Counted from the first letter of the stretch, positions 1 through 37,367 are shown. The stretch is 64,000 nt of DNA from Amoebidium appalachense (GCA_963693365.1 CAVNZM010000010.1:1860001-1924000), one strand, 5' to 3'. The notes: generated by a model from the sequence alone, not told the origin. Numbers and translations are program-made.

Positions 1-502
1 CATACACGATATGAATGGACAGTTATAAAGAATTTTTCAAAGGAAAGGTTGCGGGAAAGGAAGGGAGAGAAATCTACGCAGTGAGATTCTAAAATTGCCT
101 TCTGAGGGAAATTGGGGTGAAAGAGGGTCAGAGACAGAGAATTGTGCAAGAGTGCGAGAGACCGAGAGAGGGAGTGGGTGAGGGTGTGTTTGTGCGAGTG
201 TGATAGTCAATCTCGCGCCAACTACCGACTTGTGTTCAATGGGTAGCGGTCGTGTCCCCCCCCCCCCCCCCCCCCCCCCCCAAATACACACACACACACA
301 CCAACACACACCCTGCCCTCCTCTATCCCCTGCGAGGTGTGTTGTAGGTGGTTTCAGTTAAAATAGTTAGTGGTTTCTTCTTTTTTGTGCAGCTGGAAAA
401 AAAAAAAAGGGGGGGGGGGGGGGGGGAGTGGGGGCATTTTATTTGTTGCATTAGGAAGGCACGAGAAACAATAAAACACAAAAAAACCAAACACCGGCCA
501 CC

Positions 503-540
<38 letters not shown>

Positions 541-544
541 CATT

Positions 545-584
<40 letters not shown>

Positions 585-602
585 GAATAGGGCTATACGG
601 AC

Positions 603-5496
<4,894 letters not shown>

Positions 5497-6980
5497 TTTT
5501 GCAGGCGCACAAAAGATTTCAAGTAAGAAATTGTACACGCGAAGAGACCTCAGAGGTTTCTGCCTTTTTTTGCAAAGATCTCGTAGCAGCAACAGTCGAG
5601 TAAACTGAATCAAAGGATGTGTATTCTTGTGGGTATGGACAAGTGCTTGTGTGTGTGTGGATAGGTGAATGGGCGGATGGTAGGAGAAGAGGTTGGGAGG
5701 GGGGTGGGCGGGGGTCGGGTGAGGGGTGGGGAGGGGGAGGGGGGGGGGGGGGGGGGGGGGAGGAGGAGGAGGAGCGTGGGCGCGGTAAGGGGAAGGCTGA
5801 GTCGGTGATGGCTGGGACCTAGAAAATCTCGCCAAAAGGCGGTGTGTGAAGGGAAGTCTTAAAAATACAAAAGAGAAGAAGGATTATCTTCGATTATTAA
5901 AGCCAGTGAGGCTTTCGAGGGTTGTCATGAACTTGGTTTCGGTGACCTCTTAGCGTATCAACATCCAGCTAAGCTACAAACAGAAGAGAGACGTCTGCTG
6001 CGTGGCAGTAAGATTACAAGCAACGTGTCTACATTGGTGGCTTCCGAATGAGTATAAGCTCTACCTTTCCTATGTTGTCTTAGAAATAAATAGTCTGCCT
6101 ATTCAGTTGCATCATCATCATCTTGCATCAATCACTTTTATGTTACCACGTCAGAGTTTTCTAAATTTCTCTGTCCCTCGAGTCAGTCTAAGGCTTTGTT
6201 GAGGTTTGAAGAAAACTCCTTGGTGGAGACAATCACGAACTATTTATAGGTTTGCACTGAAAAATGAACACTGGAAACGATTGGCTAAAAAAGCATCAGA
6301 TCTAATACCTTTGAGATTCGGACAGAAGGTAGTTCGACGGAATTTTGCAATATATTTATCTGTGTCACCTTCTCTTGCACCATTTCAAAGTTGCTGTTTT
6401 TGCTATGCACCTATGATAAAACTGTTAAAAATAATTTTAGCTTCGTTTCTTTATGACGTGGTTGTGTCAGAACAGCAGTATTGTTATACTGCCGCGGCGG
6501 CTCTGCCGTAACAACCGGACCAGAGCTCACTGTATAGAACATGTGCCAATGAGATTATTTTTCGGCTAGCCATATTTGGGCTTTTGTTCAAATTAATCCT
6601 ACATGCACGACCCCCGTGCTACTGTTCCTTTAAAGTGAACGCGCTATAGACTAATGATTTTCAGCCCCCTTCACACGTGTACATGTGCAACACACACACA
6701 CACACACACACACAGACACACACAACTAATATAAAGGCGAACTGAGGAAGGGAGAGAGTGTGGAAAAATCGAGGAAAAATCACCATTGAGCATATTTGAA
6801 CCTTTGAAATCCTTTTATAGGTGACTTTCACTGAATTTCTTAACTGAAAATCGCTGTTACCAGCTATTTTGTCGTGTTGATAGGCGCGCTTAACCCTTTC
6901 CACTGAAGGGGCCGACAAGATCGTTACACAAGAGCCACTTATTTAACCTATTAGCAGCTTACAACCTCAAACAAGCCACC

Positions 6981-17154
<10,174 letters not shown>

Positions 17155-17397
17155 AGAATTTCACACCCTGTGTGTAGGCACACACAGATACACACACAGA
17201 CACGCACACGCACAAACCCCATGCTGTCGCAGTTAGGAGTATGCACACAACGAGGACCACTCATATGCACAAAAAGCCACACAGCCGCTTTCCACCTAAT
17301 TATATATTTATCATATTTCTATCCGATGCACACACACACAGCACACACATACAGAGAGGAGAGAGGGAGGGGGGAAGGGGGGGGGGGGGGGGGTTAG

Positions 17398-17442
<45 letters not shown>

Positions 17443-18731
17443 TCGCACACATTTCAAACACATGCCAATAGGACCTTGGCAATGGATAACATGCCCACGT
17501 GCATACATTTGCTGTGTGCTCCAGCCATAACGACCATTTGCTGTCAGGTTCTTTTATTTTTTTTTATTTTTTTTTATTTTTTTTTGGTGGGGTGGGGGGA
17601 GAGGGAAAAGGGATAGGTTTTTTTTTTTTTTTTCTTCTTTTTTTTTTTTTGCTTTTTTAAGAATTGGCCTTGGGTATGCAAGATGTGAAAAAAAGAACGC
17701 TGGTCGTTCATTCAAATGTATGTAGATACACGTTTGTGCCCGACCACATTACCACATCCATTACCCCCCCCCCCCCCCCCGTGATCTTTTCGCGTCAGGT
17801 TTATACCGAAGCTTCTAGCCCCCCCCCCCCTTCCGAGGCCCCGGGCCGTGACACACACGTGCTCTGGCGGCCGTCCTGAAAGTGGAAGGCACCATGTATG
17901 TGTGGCTGTATGTGTCCTGTGTATGCTTTTAAAGGTGGGGTGTGTGGCTCGATAAGGGGGTGACGCACGAGAGGTCGACCGATCGTAATTACACGTTCAG
18001 TGCGTGTGTTAAAGGTTGTAAGTGTATGCAGCCTACGAGTGGTGTGTACTGGGGGTTGTGTGTGTGTGTGTGTGTGTGTTTGAGGACTCTGCACGCAGCC
18101 GAATTTCTTTTTCTATAGGGTGTTTGTATGTGATCACGAATTGCGCATATGCGTGTGTAGTTGTAATATAATGCAATCAGTGTGGGGAGTGCTAGGACGC
18201 GCACGCGTACCAAGAGTGCGTGTCGGGGGGAGAAAGGCGGGGGGGGGGGGGGGGGGGGGGGGGGTACATCTTTATAGCCCGACTCGTGTATATCAATTTC
18301 ATTCGATATTCGTGTTTCTGCCTCAAGTTCACACCACGGGGTCTATTTTTAGTATGACAGAATATTCGATAAAACTAGAATGTTCATACTTGCAACTGTA
18401 CAAACTCACCGGACAATAAAAACAACACCCCACACAGAAACTATCTCAGCAGTTCAAATAAATTGCGCCTTCTCTACAATCGATCGTAACCAACTTTGCA
18501 CCAAGCAGCATGTATATACATACAGTTCTCTAGCAGCATACGAAAAACGAAAATCGCAAAAGTATTTTGTACACATCCGGCATTGGTGTTAACAATACAA
18601 GAGAATTCCGAACACAAGAAATGTGAATAATCGACCAAAAATTTACAATTCATTCGTTCTCTCTTCCATACATCCATACCCTTTCGTTTCTTTACTCTGA
18701 ACCTCATCCGGAAACACATGCAGATCAACCC

Positions 18732-18763
<32 letters not shown>

Positions 18764-18837
18764 ACCCACCCATTCCCCTCTCTCTCCCCCCCCCCCCCCT
18801 CCCCCTCCCCCCCCCCCCCCCCCCCCCCACAACTCCC

Positions 18838-18879
<42 letters not shown>

Positions 18880-19237
18880 GTAAAACATGAAGAGGTTTCA
18901 ATGAAAAGTTGAAGCGAGAAAGGGTGTAGGTGTGGGAAAACAATAAACTAGTCAACTCTCCCCCCTGCTTCCCAAACGGACACCATATCTTACTACATCC
19001 CCCCCCCCCCCCCCCCCCATCCCCCCTCCCCGCCCACCCACCCACCAATCCACACACACACACACACACACACAAAAAAAAAAGAAGAAAAAAAAAAACC
19101 ACCCACCCACCCACCCCACCCCCCTTCACATCCCCCTCCAATCCTTTTGATCCTCTGCACCGTACCAAGCCCAATCTAGAGCCTGTCCTCACATGAAAAA
19201 AAAAAAACCCCGTACATTTCAGTGCACACCAAGGAAT

Positions 19238-20806
19238 TTATGATAACCCCAGAGCCGCCTGCGCCGTTTCCTTAGGCAACATGCCGCCTTCAATCAAACT
19301 ATCCTGCAGCCGCCTAAACAGTTCCATCTTCCTCTCCGTGCTCAGACTCAGGCACACGTGTATGAGCCTAGAAAATTCCAGAGCCGTCGAGTTCCCCCCC
19401 TGCACAAACGCTCCATAGTAGCTGTGAACAAACATTGCCATGAGGAAATGCGTATCCACGCGATCGATCAATCCATACTGAAAGCCGGGCAGGATAACAC
19501 CAAACCCCTTTATGCCGAAAGCGCGCTTAAAACCCCCGGTAAAAAACCCACCAAAAGGTGCAATAATAGAGCCGAAACAGGCTAGGAACACGGCGTGTAT
19601 CTGCACGGGGTAGAAGACGAACCGAGTCTCCAGGCCAAAATACGAAAAAACGGTTTTCAGAATAGGTAAATCGTATTCGCGTGCGATGAAAAGGGCGGAA
19701 GGCTCGCACACGAGCTTCCCAATCTGCGGCTCCCACTCCAGGTGCTTTATCGGGCACACGGCATATTCGTATTTTGCCAAAAACCCGGAAAAAAGGAATG
19801 AAAAAACGACCGTGAGCGCCCCAGCCAAGAGGTGGCCCCTCCACGTCTTCCATGTGGAATACATCTCGTTCAATGGCTTCCGCCCAATTCTCGACCCGAA
19901 CCACATTGTTAGAGTTTCGTTCAGTGCGATGATGACCGAAGGGAGAATGAACCAGATCATCCCCTCGTGAACATTGTATACAATCATGTGAAAAGATGTT
20001 ACGATGGTGAGAACATTCATGTGCGTCCATCCAAACTGACCGAATTGAAACCTGTAAAACCCGTATTTCAGTGACCGCACGAAGAAAACAAGGCCCAGCG
20101 TGTAGAGGGAGAAGGACACGAAACGGTGGTGGGCAGCCAAATTACCGAAAAATGCATCTTTTTCCGGGAAAAACTCCTTTAGGATAGTAGTGACCCTTTG
20201 TCCGTACAGAAAGTAGTTGGCCACCGCAAGGAAGTACCAGTTCAAAGTACGGAAAAGCGGGAGCGAATTATCCAAAATGTGCTTCTTTTCCGGTTTTGGG
20301 GACGTGTCGCTTGCCAGAACAATACCTCCTCTCCGGATAACTAGCGACAGTTGAACTGACATGTCGCTTAGTTCCTTGAAGCACCACACCTGCACCACCA
20401 AAGCAGCAAGAATAACATATGCATGGCTGCTCAGAACTACGGCCGTGAAAAGAAGGAGAAGGGCAAACGACCCCAGGGCCTTTATTCTCACTCGTCGTAC
20501 GCGTGCCGCAGAACCATCCACAAGACGAAGATAGGGAGATGTTCCGACCGTTGTGTGTCTTCTTCCGAGAGAACGCGTGGTGGGATGGATGACGGACGCT
20601 TCCGCGAAAGATTGAAGACCTTGCCTTCCGTCCGGGTTGTCGTTTGATGTGTGGGTGTGTTGGTGTGTGGATTTCGGGTGCATGGAAGATGGTGCGGTTT
20701 TATGAGTTGGGAAGGCAGACGAGGAAGACGGGAGGGTGTCGGGTTGTGTATGAGAGCGTGCGAGTGAGGAAACCTTGCGGTGGTGTGCACCGCTAATGTC
20801 TGCCAT
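19238..20806 (-). CDS. Phosphatidate cytidylyltransferase (CDP-diacylglycerol synthase, CDS1/2-like), intronless, 522 aa, with divergent active-site motifs
   Basis: Single uninterrupted ORF with eukaryotic CDS signatures LPLFRTLNWYFL, HRFVSFSLY, QFGQFGWTH, EGMIWFILP, CEPSALF, YPVQIHA, APFGGFF.GGFKRAF and DRVD. Confidence 0.92.
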   Translation of the reverse strand: MADISGAHHRKVSSLARSHTQPDTLPSSSSAFPTHKTAPSSMHPKSTHQHTHTSNDNPDGRQGLQSFAEASVIHPTTRSLGRRHTTVGTSPYLRLVDGSAARVRRVRIKALGSFALLLLFTAVVLSSHAYVILAALVVQVWCFKELSDMSVQLSLVIRRGGIVLASDTSPKPEKKHILDNSLPLFRTLNWYFLAVANYFLYGQRVTTILKEFFPEKDAFFGNLAAHHRFVSFSLYTLGLVFFVRSLKYGFYRFQFGQFGWTHMNVLTIVTSFHMIVYNVHEGMIWFILPSVIIALNETLTMWFGSRIGRKPLNEMYSTWKTWRGHLLAGALTVVFSFLFSGFLAKYEYAVCPIKHLEWEPQIGKLVCEPSALFIAREYDLPILKTVFSYFGLETRFVFYPVQIHAVFLACFGSIIAPFGGFFTGGFKRAFGIKGFGVILPGFQYGLIDRVDTHFLMAMFVHSYYGAFVQGGNSTALEFSRLIHVCLSLSTERKMELFRRLQDSLIEGGMLPKETAQAALGLS

Positions 20807-21907
20807 TATTATGTTGCTGCGTATGTGTGTGGGCAGAGCTGCATCTGAGATGGATGGGCAATACTGAGCCGGAGGATAAAACTAGCACGTGGAAAAGATG
20901 AGGAACAGAGCAACAAGTTGATGGGTTGACGCGGTTGTGAAACAGAAAAAAATCACAGCTTTCGTTGGGTTCGGGTTAATTGTTCGTATAGGACGGATGT
21001 TACAACTTTTTTTCAGACAATGCTTTTTTCAAAAGGGTGGGGAAATTTCATCTCGAACGAACACACACCATCAAAGTAATCGAACCCTTCGTTCTGTCTG
21101 CCCTAAGAGCAAGACCCCGCGGCGTATAAAAAAGCAAACTGCATAAACGAACAAACCGCAAGAGTAAAAGTGTCTTCGATTCTTCTTCCTAACTTCTACA
21201 AAAAAAAAGTCGTTCGGATCGAATACCAAAACGTGTTTTTGTTGTTGTAGTTGTGTACGTAGGCTCTTGTGTGCGTGTTGGGTTCGCCGCGGCGGTTGGT
21301 GCATGCTGACGTATACAAAACGCGCTGATTGGTTAAACCGTAATCGCCAAATGCGATTCGTTATCTTGATTGGTGATCTCGCCCCAAAGCGGGTTCTCGA
21401 ATATTACACGTGTTTACAATACACGTGTGTACGGTTTTTTATCAAAAAAAAAAAAAAAAAAAAACCTACACGAATGCACAGAGAGGGCCAGTTTTCGAAA
21501 ATTTTAGAAAGAGACCTATTAGGGGCCAAAGAGAAAAAGAGAAGAACCTTACTCACGGGTACCAAAATTTCAAATTTCGATTGCTTCCCCCCCCCCCCCC
21601 CCCCCCCCCCCCACTCCCGCCCCTCCCCCCTCCCCCCCCCCCCCCCCCCCCCCACCCCCGCCCCTCCCTCCCCCCTCCCCCCGCCCCCACAAATTCCCCA
21701 GGCAGGGTACACCTCCGCAACAATATCTACTGTAGTGTTGATCAAATTTATTTTTGTCGTCCCAGCTAGGGTTTGTACGCGTTCAGATGTACGTGTACGT
21801 GTGTGTGTTGCTTCATTGAATACCGTTCACCTTTGATGCTGGTGCATTGAGCATACTTGAATAATTTCATTGTTGGCGTGTCTGTGTGTGTGTGTGTGTG
21901 CGTGTGA

Positions 21908-21956
<49 letters not shown>

Positions 21957-22082
21957 TGTGTATGTGTGTGTGTGTGTGCGTGTATGTGTGCGTGTGTGTG
22001 TGTGTGTGACACTGTGACTGTGTGTGTGCGTGTGCGTGTGTGACGCTGTGTGTGGCACTGTGTGTGTGTGTGTGTGTGCATG

Positions 22083-22138
<56 letters not shown>

Positions 22139-22356
22139 TTGTGTGTATGTGTCGAATGCAGTGTGTTTTGGGGGGGCGGGATGGGGGGAGGGGGGAGGGG
22201 GGAGGGGGTTGGGGTCGGGTGACGGTCCGGTGGTTTTGCGCATACACATATTTAATAGGTGCGGAGTGTATGGTGTGAGATGGTGTGTGTGTATTAGCAC
22301 ACGTCTTGAGTAAGCAAGTGTGTGCGTGTGCGTGCGTGTGTGCTGTGTGTGTGTGT

Positions 22357-22387
<31 letters not shown>

Positions 22388-22568
22388 GGAGGGGGGAGAT
22401 GGATGGGTCGTGTGCTTGTATCTCTCACTGTGTGTGTGTGTGCATGTGTGTGCTTGTGCGTGTGTGTGCTTGTGCGTGTGTGTGTGTGTGTGTGCTTGTG
22501 TGTGTGCGCACACACGTACGTGCGTGACTGACGGTAATGATCGAGGTGGCCCCGGGGGGGAGGGGGGT

Positions 22569-22616
<48 letters not shown>

Positions 22617-22970
22617 AGGGCATCGAGGAATTAAACCCCAACGAGGTAGTGCGTTATGGGATAACCACTCGTCGAACCAGATCGGCGATTTTCAGGGGGG
22701 GCAAAAAATCGTCATTCATTACAAAAAATGAAAAGCCCCACCCATCATGGGGTCCTGTATTCAGCAATTGTTTTGTCATGTCCAGAAACACCGGAAATTC
22801 TTCCTGGTTTTGCGGCATGCTATGATGTACTTGCATATTTGCCACACAGTCCATAAACGGTACTTTTCTGTATTTTCCGCATATTCACACAGCCCATAAA
22901 CGGTCCTTTTCCGTAGTTTCCGCATATTCACACAGTCCATAAACGGTTTTTTCCCGTATTTTCCGCATCT

Positions 22971-28712
<5,742 letters not shown>

Positions 28713-28956
28713 TATAAGAGAGGAGGAAGGAGAGAAATTGTGGAGGTAGGTAGGTTGACTACCGGCTGTAATCAGAGTGGGTGAACCATTTATGTGTGGT
28801 TAGTGTGTGGTTGAGTTCAACTCCACAAGATGGAAACAGCAGGCCGTGTGCTCATGCGGTATGATTTCAGACACTATCTTTAGCCTTGCTTCAATCTATC
28901 CCCTCAAAAATCCAACTTGGCACCAAGAAACAATTTCACACGAATTGAAGTTGATG

Positions 28957-29046
28957 TTTTCGCGCGGCCCTCTCACAGAGCGCTACAGCCGTGTGCACGC
29001 GTCTGTTGTATCACACTTTTCGCGCCAAAACAAATCCTGAACCAAT
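28957..29046. promoter_or_regulatory. Putative E2F sites plus CCAAT box upstream of the orphan gene
   Basis: TTTTCGCGC at 28957-28965, overlapping dyad TTTTCGCGCCAAAA at 29017-29030 and CCAAT at 29042-29046, 245-330 bp upstream of ATG 28712. Confidence 0.5.
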
Positions 29047-29229
29047 CGTCGCACCGTCCAACAGGGTTGAAAATTTTGCAGAGGTGGTCACTTGGCAACT
29101 CACAAAATTGAATTAGGAGACAGCCAGGTCAGTCTCGGTATTAATTTAAGGATTCTTGGTGGAAAACAGCACTCACCGAACCATATATGCATCTTTTTTA
29201 CTCATTCACCAAACAAAAAGGGCATAAAT

Positions 29230-29266
<37 letters not shown>

Positions 29267-29799
29267 CGAAGTTTTTGTGCATGCAGGGAGAGTGGTGGGG
29301 AGGATTTGCGGGTCGCACGCCATGGGCCGTGGCATCGACTTCAAGCTTCGAATTTGTTTCCGAGGAGTCTTGTTCTGACCTACGTATACGATGTTTTCCG
29401 GCCTTCTTTTTAAGGCCCCTTTTGACATGCCCCTTCTTTTCCTTTCTTTTTCTTCAAGTTTTTTTTCCTCGCTGTTCTTCGTCTTCTGGTCCTAGGACTT
29501 CTCATTCTTCTTCTTTTTTATTTTTTAAGTCACTTACGTGTGTCGGCGTGGAAGGAGCGGGGAAAAAAGGGGGGGGGGAGGGGGAGGGGGGAGGGGGGCC
29601 AGGGGGGATATTCGGGGGGGGGGGGGGGGGGGGGATGAGGGGAGGGGGGAGGGAAGGGGGGATGGGAGGGAGAAGGTCAGGAGTTCATGAGGCAGCTTGA
29701 GGTGCCTTTTTCGCACTTTCCCTTTCCTCCTTATCAGTATTTTGATGTGCCATGTATGCACGTGCATGTTTCAAATTTCACGTGTGTGTGTGTGTGTGT

Positions 29800-29918
29800 G
29801 TGTGTGCATGTGAATGTGGTCGCCTGCAGACATGTGTGCTTGTGCGCTTCTGTGTGTGTGCATGTGAATGTGGTCGCCTGCAGACATGTGTGCTTGTGCG
29901 CTTCTGTGTGTGTGCATG
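29800..29918. repeat. Short tandem duplication, 2 x 54 bp
   Basis: CATGTGAATGTGGTCGCCTGCAGACATGTGTGCTTGTGCGCTTCTGTGTGTGTG at ~29807 and ~29861. Confidence 0.85.
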
Positions 29919-30938
29919 AGCTCTCGTGTGTTTGTGTGTGTAGTACTAGTGGGAACTGGGACGGTCCGGGGGGGGGGGGGGGGGGAGGGGGGGATGAGCC
30001 GAAGGGCGGGGGAAGGGAGGGGGGGGTAGGGGGGGGGGGGGGGGGGGGGGAGGGGGAGGGGGGGAGGGGGGAGAGGAAGGGGGGAGGGAGGGGGGCCCGG
30101 GGATAGTGGTGGTTCTGATGGTGCGTTACATTTTAGGCGCAAACTATGTTGTGATTGTCCGGGATCCGGATAGGAGTAGGGTTTAAAGAGGTAGTGGGGG
30201 GAAGGGGGGAGGGGGGGAGGGGGGGGGAGGGGCGGGGGTGCTCGGGGTCCCCACGGGATGGGGGTGGGAGGGGGCGGGGAAGAGAAGACGGCGGGGGGGA
30301 GGGATGTATCCCGTACTTTAGTAACACGTACCACTGCACTTCTGATTTGGTTTTCGAATTCAATAATATTCAAATTGAGTTAGAACGCATGCCACTGAAA
30401 TGGCAGTGTGAAGTTATGATCTGAGTATATATGCTACATCCGTTAGTACTACTATTGATGGATAGTATGCCGAGAGTCGTGGTTTGCTCCACCTTACAAA
30501 GGGGAGAGGGCCAGAAGGCCCAGTACGGAAGAACACATTTTTGGTATACCATTATCAAGACGCTCTAACCGATAAAACAAATTGGCAAAAAGGACGTATA
30601 GTATAGATATATATATATATATGGTTAAGGTTTTTTGGGATGTTGCAGGTCGAGCTATGCATACACTTTTGTTAGCAAACTTTTGTTTTTACCGTTAGAC
30701 CATTTTGCCGAGAGAGAGGGGGGAGGGGGGGGAGGGGGGGGGGGGGGGGGGGGGGGGTTGGAGAGAGAGAGAGAGGAAGAGAGAGAGAGAGACCCCCAGG
30801 CTCCCTCCCCCCGGCACGACAGTGGCCGTCCAAAACTCAAACAAATTGATAAAACCATCAATCTGAGGGCTCCCGGTAGGGGAAGAGAGGGGGGGGGGGG
30901 GAGGGGGGGCATGTTGATGTGTGTGTGTGTGTGTGTGT

Positions 30939-31057
<119 letters not shown>

Positions 31058-31401
31058 GAAAGGGGTGGGTGGGTTGGGGGGGGGGGGGGGGGGGGGGGAG
31101 GGGGGGGCGGGGATGGCACCAGGCGCGGGGGTGTATAAGGGGGCACGTGTGCTGATGCACCATCCAATTATCTTAAAGGATTTCTCGAGAAAAATGGTGT
31201 GGTAGCCCTGGGGCCAGCCTCAGAGCTTCTCTGCCGTTACTCTATATTAGTACCATAATTTATCAAAGCTGTACCTATTATCATCAGTGTCACCACTTTT
31301 GCTCAACCCTTAAAGTTTCTAAATCCCCTTTTTAACGTCATCATTGTGCGCCACCTGTTAAAGCTACCCAATCAAACCAACTTACCACCAAAACCATCCA
31401 A

Positions 31402-34300
<2,899 letters not shown>

Positions 34301-35479
34301 CTGGAGGGGGAGGAAGGGGGGGAGGGAGGTGGGGTGGGGGAGGGGGGGGGGGGGGGGGTGTGGATATTTTTGGTTTAAAATTCGCTGTCCCCGTATAGTT
34401 CTTAAGAATTCGTCATATCCCTTGACAGATTTTTAGGGAAAAACCCTATTCTCCTAGAGCTGTCTTAGGGCCAAACCATCATCATGAATTGTTTGAGGAT
34501 GTTAGGCTATAATCCTCAATTAGTTGAGGAACTTACACTGTCACCTTGCATTTGTTTTAGGATGCCATTATCCTATCATCAGGCATATAGCATGCATACA
34601 TAGCCTCTAGCACTGGGATAATCACTGCGGATATTTAGGTTGTCCTCAGAGAAAAATGATATATCCCCGGATAGATAGGGCATCCAGGGATAGATGAACG
34701 GGATATTTAGATCCAGATTTTGGGAGTATCCGGATATGGATCTTTGATAAGCAGGTCACTTTTGAGATTGATTTGAGAAAGTGCGTAGGGATAATTAGGG
34801 AAGTTTTCGGGATAGATTTGCCCGTGATATTCAGGAAAATTGTGGAGCCTTGTGTTCGTTTTCAAACGGTTTACACACTATTTATTGCTGTGGACACTGT
34901 CTGGGGCCCAGCCTCACTCGACGGCCTACTGCGTTTTCCAGCGCAGCCAATCAAATGCAGCTAGTGACATATGTACATGCTAGGCAACATTTAGTGCCGT
35001 CGAAGGATATGACAACCCTATTACATATTATGGATAAGCAGAGGCTGGTAACTCCGAAAGAAAGCTAAGACACCGTATCACAATATCATACAGTGTGCAG
35101 CATTTATAAGGTGATTTATAATAGTCATTTTAAAACGAATATATTGAGGAAGGGAGGTGGAAAAGAGAATAAAACCGTCCATCACCTCTGGTTCTATATT
35201 ACGTTAGCTAACAGGTCACACTCATTGATAGATATGCATGCACGAGTAAACCGCCCCCCACACATATTACACATACATACGAGCAGGAGACACCAGAAAC
35301 CGATTACACCGCCAAGACATAATCATCTTTGCGTTTTTACACCATACCACATTACGAATAAACGAATCTATGTAGGAACGAGACTCTCTAACCGTATCCG
35401 CCATATAGGCTATATAGTAGTTGGTGTTTTTTTGGTCCTAACACAGGAAGGGACTCAACTAGTAGAGGAAAAAGATATC

Positions 35480-36529
35480 TATCAACCATAGACTTCCGCA
35501 TATCGCTCGACAATGGGCAGCGACGAGGTGGACGGGAAGAGGTAGAAGGGCGAGTCCGGCGGGGATGTGTGTAGTCGGAAGAGTGGGTGGTCCGGAGCAC
35601 AAGCGGACAGGCGGGTGATGTGCTGGTGAAATTAAAGGGCTAATTCGTGTACGCGTTGTGATGGTGGTGTGAGTGCATATAGAGAATCGAAAAGGCGTCT
35701 AGGGATAGGTGTGGAAAGACCAGTAAGAAACGTACAACACGTTGTGCAGTGGAAGTCATCTAGTGATTGGAGGACATTATCGACAGTATCGGGGGCTGCC
35801 ATAGCTAGTAAGGCCAATCCGTATTCAGACAAAAGTCGAATATAAGTGCGAAAAATACTAGGGCGGTTGTGTAGGTGTACAGTATTAGAAAGATTAGCAA
35901 GATACACACCCCTAAATAACCGAAGACACCTGCCTGCACTCTCCACCCGACGGTCGATCATCCGTTTGAAACATATGCCCCACTCGTCCACCGGAATCCC
36001 CAAATACTTGTATTTGATTGGGCGAGGAAGGGGACTGCCGAAAATGCAAACGTCGTCCCAAGATGGGATGGATTTTGATAACAGGGCACACTTTTTGACG
36101 TTACCTTCATATCATGACGCTGGCACCAGTGTTCAACCACACGTATATATTGCCGTAATTCGATAGGATCGGATGACAGAAGCACAATATCGTCGGCGAA
36201 AAAGAGGGCGGGGGTGGCCTGAGGGGGGCAACCCTCCGTCAATTTGTGCCGCAGAAAGGGAGTCCGCCAAATCATCAATATACAGGTTGAAAAGAAGTGG
36301 GCTTAACCTGAAAAGAAATTGGGATACAGAAACGATAGACATGTGTTGAAATCATTGCAAAAGTTTTCGTAATCGGAGGTTTCCCGCGTGCTGCTGTTTA
36401 TCTAACTGGTGCAGCTGCTTGGCGTACACGTTCTATTGTACCTTGTTGTATTGAACACATCGCACTGCCATGCATATTATGTGGTTACATGGCTAATAGT
36501 ATATATATCGGGTCTACCTGGTCGGCCGA

Positions 36530-36569
<40 letters not shown>

Positions 36570-36700
36570 CTCGCAACCGTGCTTGCGGATGAACATGTAG
36601 GCCGATCCGGACACGAGGTGACATATATAAATTCAGCAAATCACCCAAATAAACGGGTTGGCCTAGGGGTAGCTTCAATTTGTTATAATAGGAATTGAAG
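35480..36700 (-). mobile_element. Decayed non-LTR retrotransposon (LINE-like) reverse-transcriptase fragment
   Basis: RT motifs LSPLLFNLYIDDL (~36260-36310), FFADDIVLL (~36180-36205) and YKYLGIP (~35995-36015) lie in three different frames, so the element is frameshifted. Boundaries are approximate. Confidence 0.85.
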
Positions 36701-37367
36701 ACTCATGGATCGATTGGCATAAGGCAGGAATCAGGCGGAACTCCGATCAGACATGGGTCAGGAGAATGTATTGCCGATGTTGGCAAGCACCGTCTACAAG
36801 TAGCGACTCTGTTTATGGGCCTTCAAAGCTGTTAATTGAGCAGGCACAAAACGGAGAGAAGAAAGAGTCTTGTGGTTACCGTCACGATAGCGAAGTTCGG
36901 AAAATTTCAAGAGACATGTTTATCTACACTTCAAAATCGGTTATGATAAGCCTTAGGACACCAGCAGTCAGTTTACCTTTCTGTGAGAGGGCATGTGCAT
37001 GCACTGCATGCCTGTAAAAAATCTGTACGAGAGGAAGACTTGTGGAAGTTACGGCTGCTGAACACAATTATCGCACAAACTTTGGAAGGCCTCGCTTCTG
37101 AGTCAGCGGTGGTGATGGCTAAGGGATGAAGACCTCTAACACTGTTACTGAAAGCCTTTGGGGGGGGGGGGGGGGGGGGGGGGAGGGGGGGGGGGGGGGG
37201 GGGGGGAGGAGGAGGGGCAAACCATCATAACCAATACTTCTCAATCAATCAATTATGTCCTGGGAGATGATTACGTGTTTTACTACCTGAAATGCCTAAT
37301 CAATTAGTGCCATGCCAAATACACACAACAACGCGCAAGATCCACTGTCATATTTGCTGCGTACCAA

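Noticed and set aside
5900-6511. ORFs 6002-6202 and 6206-6511 between PFKFB and WDR12
   Set aside because: Non-ATG starts, no recognisable motifs; likely divergent-promoter intergenic DNA
29200-30560. Possible additional minus-strand gene (Lys/Arg-rich segment ~29270-29520 and fragments ~30330-30560)
   Set aside because: No stop-free, phase-consistent exon chain could be built
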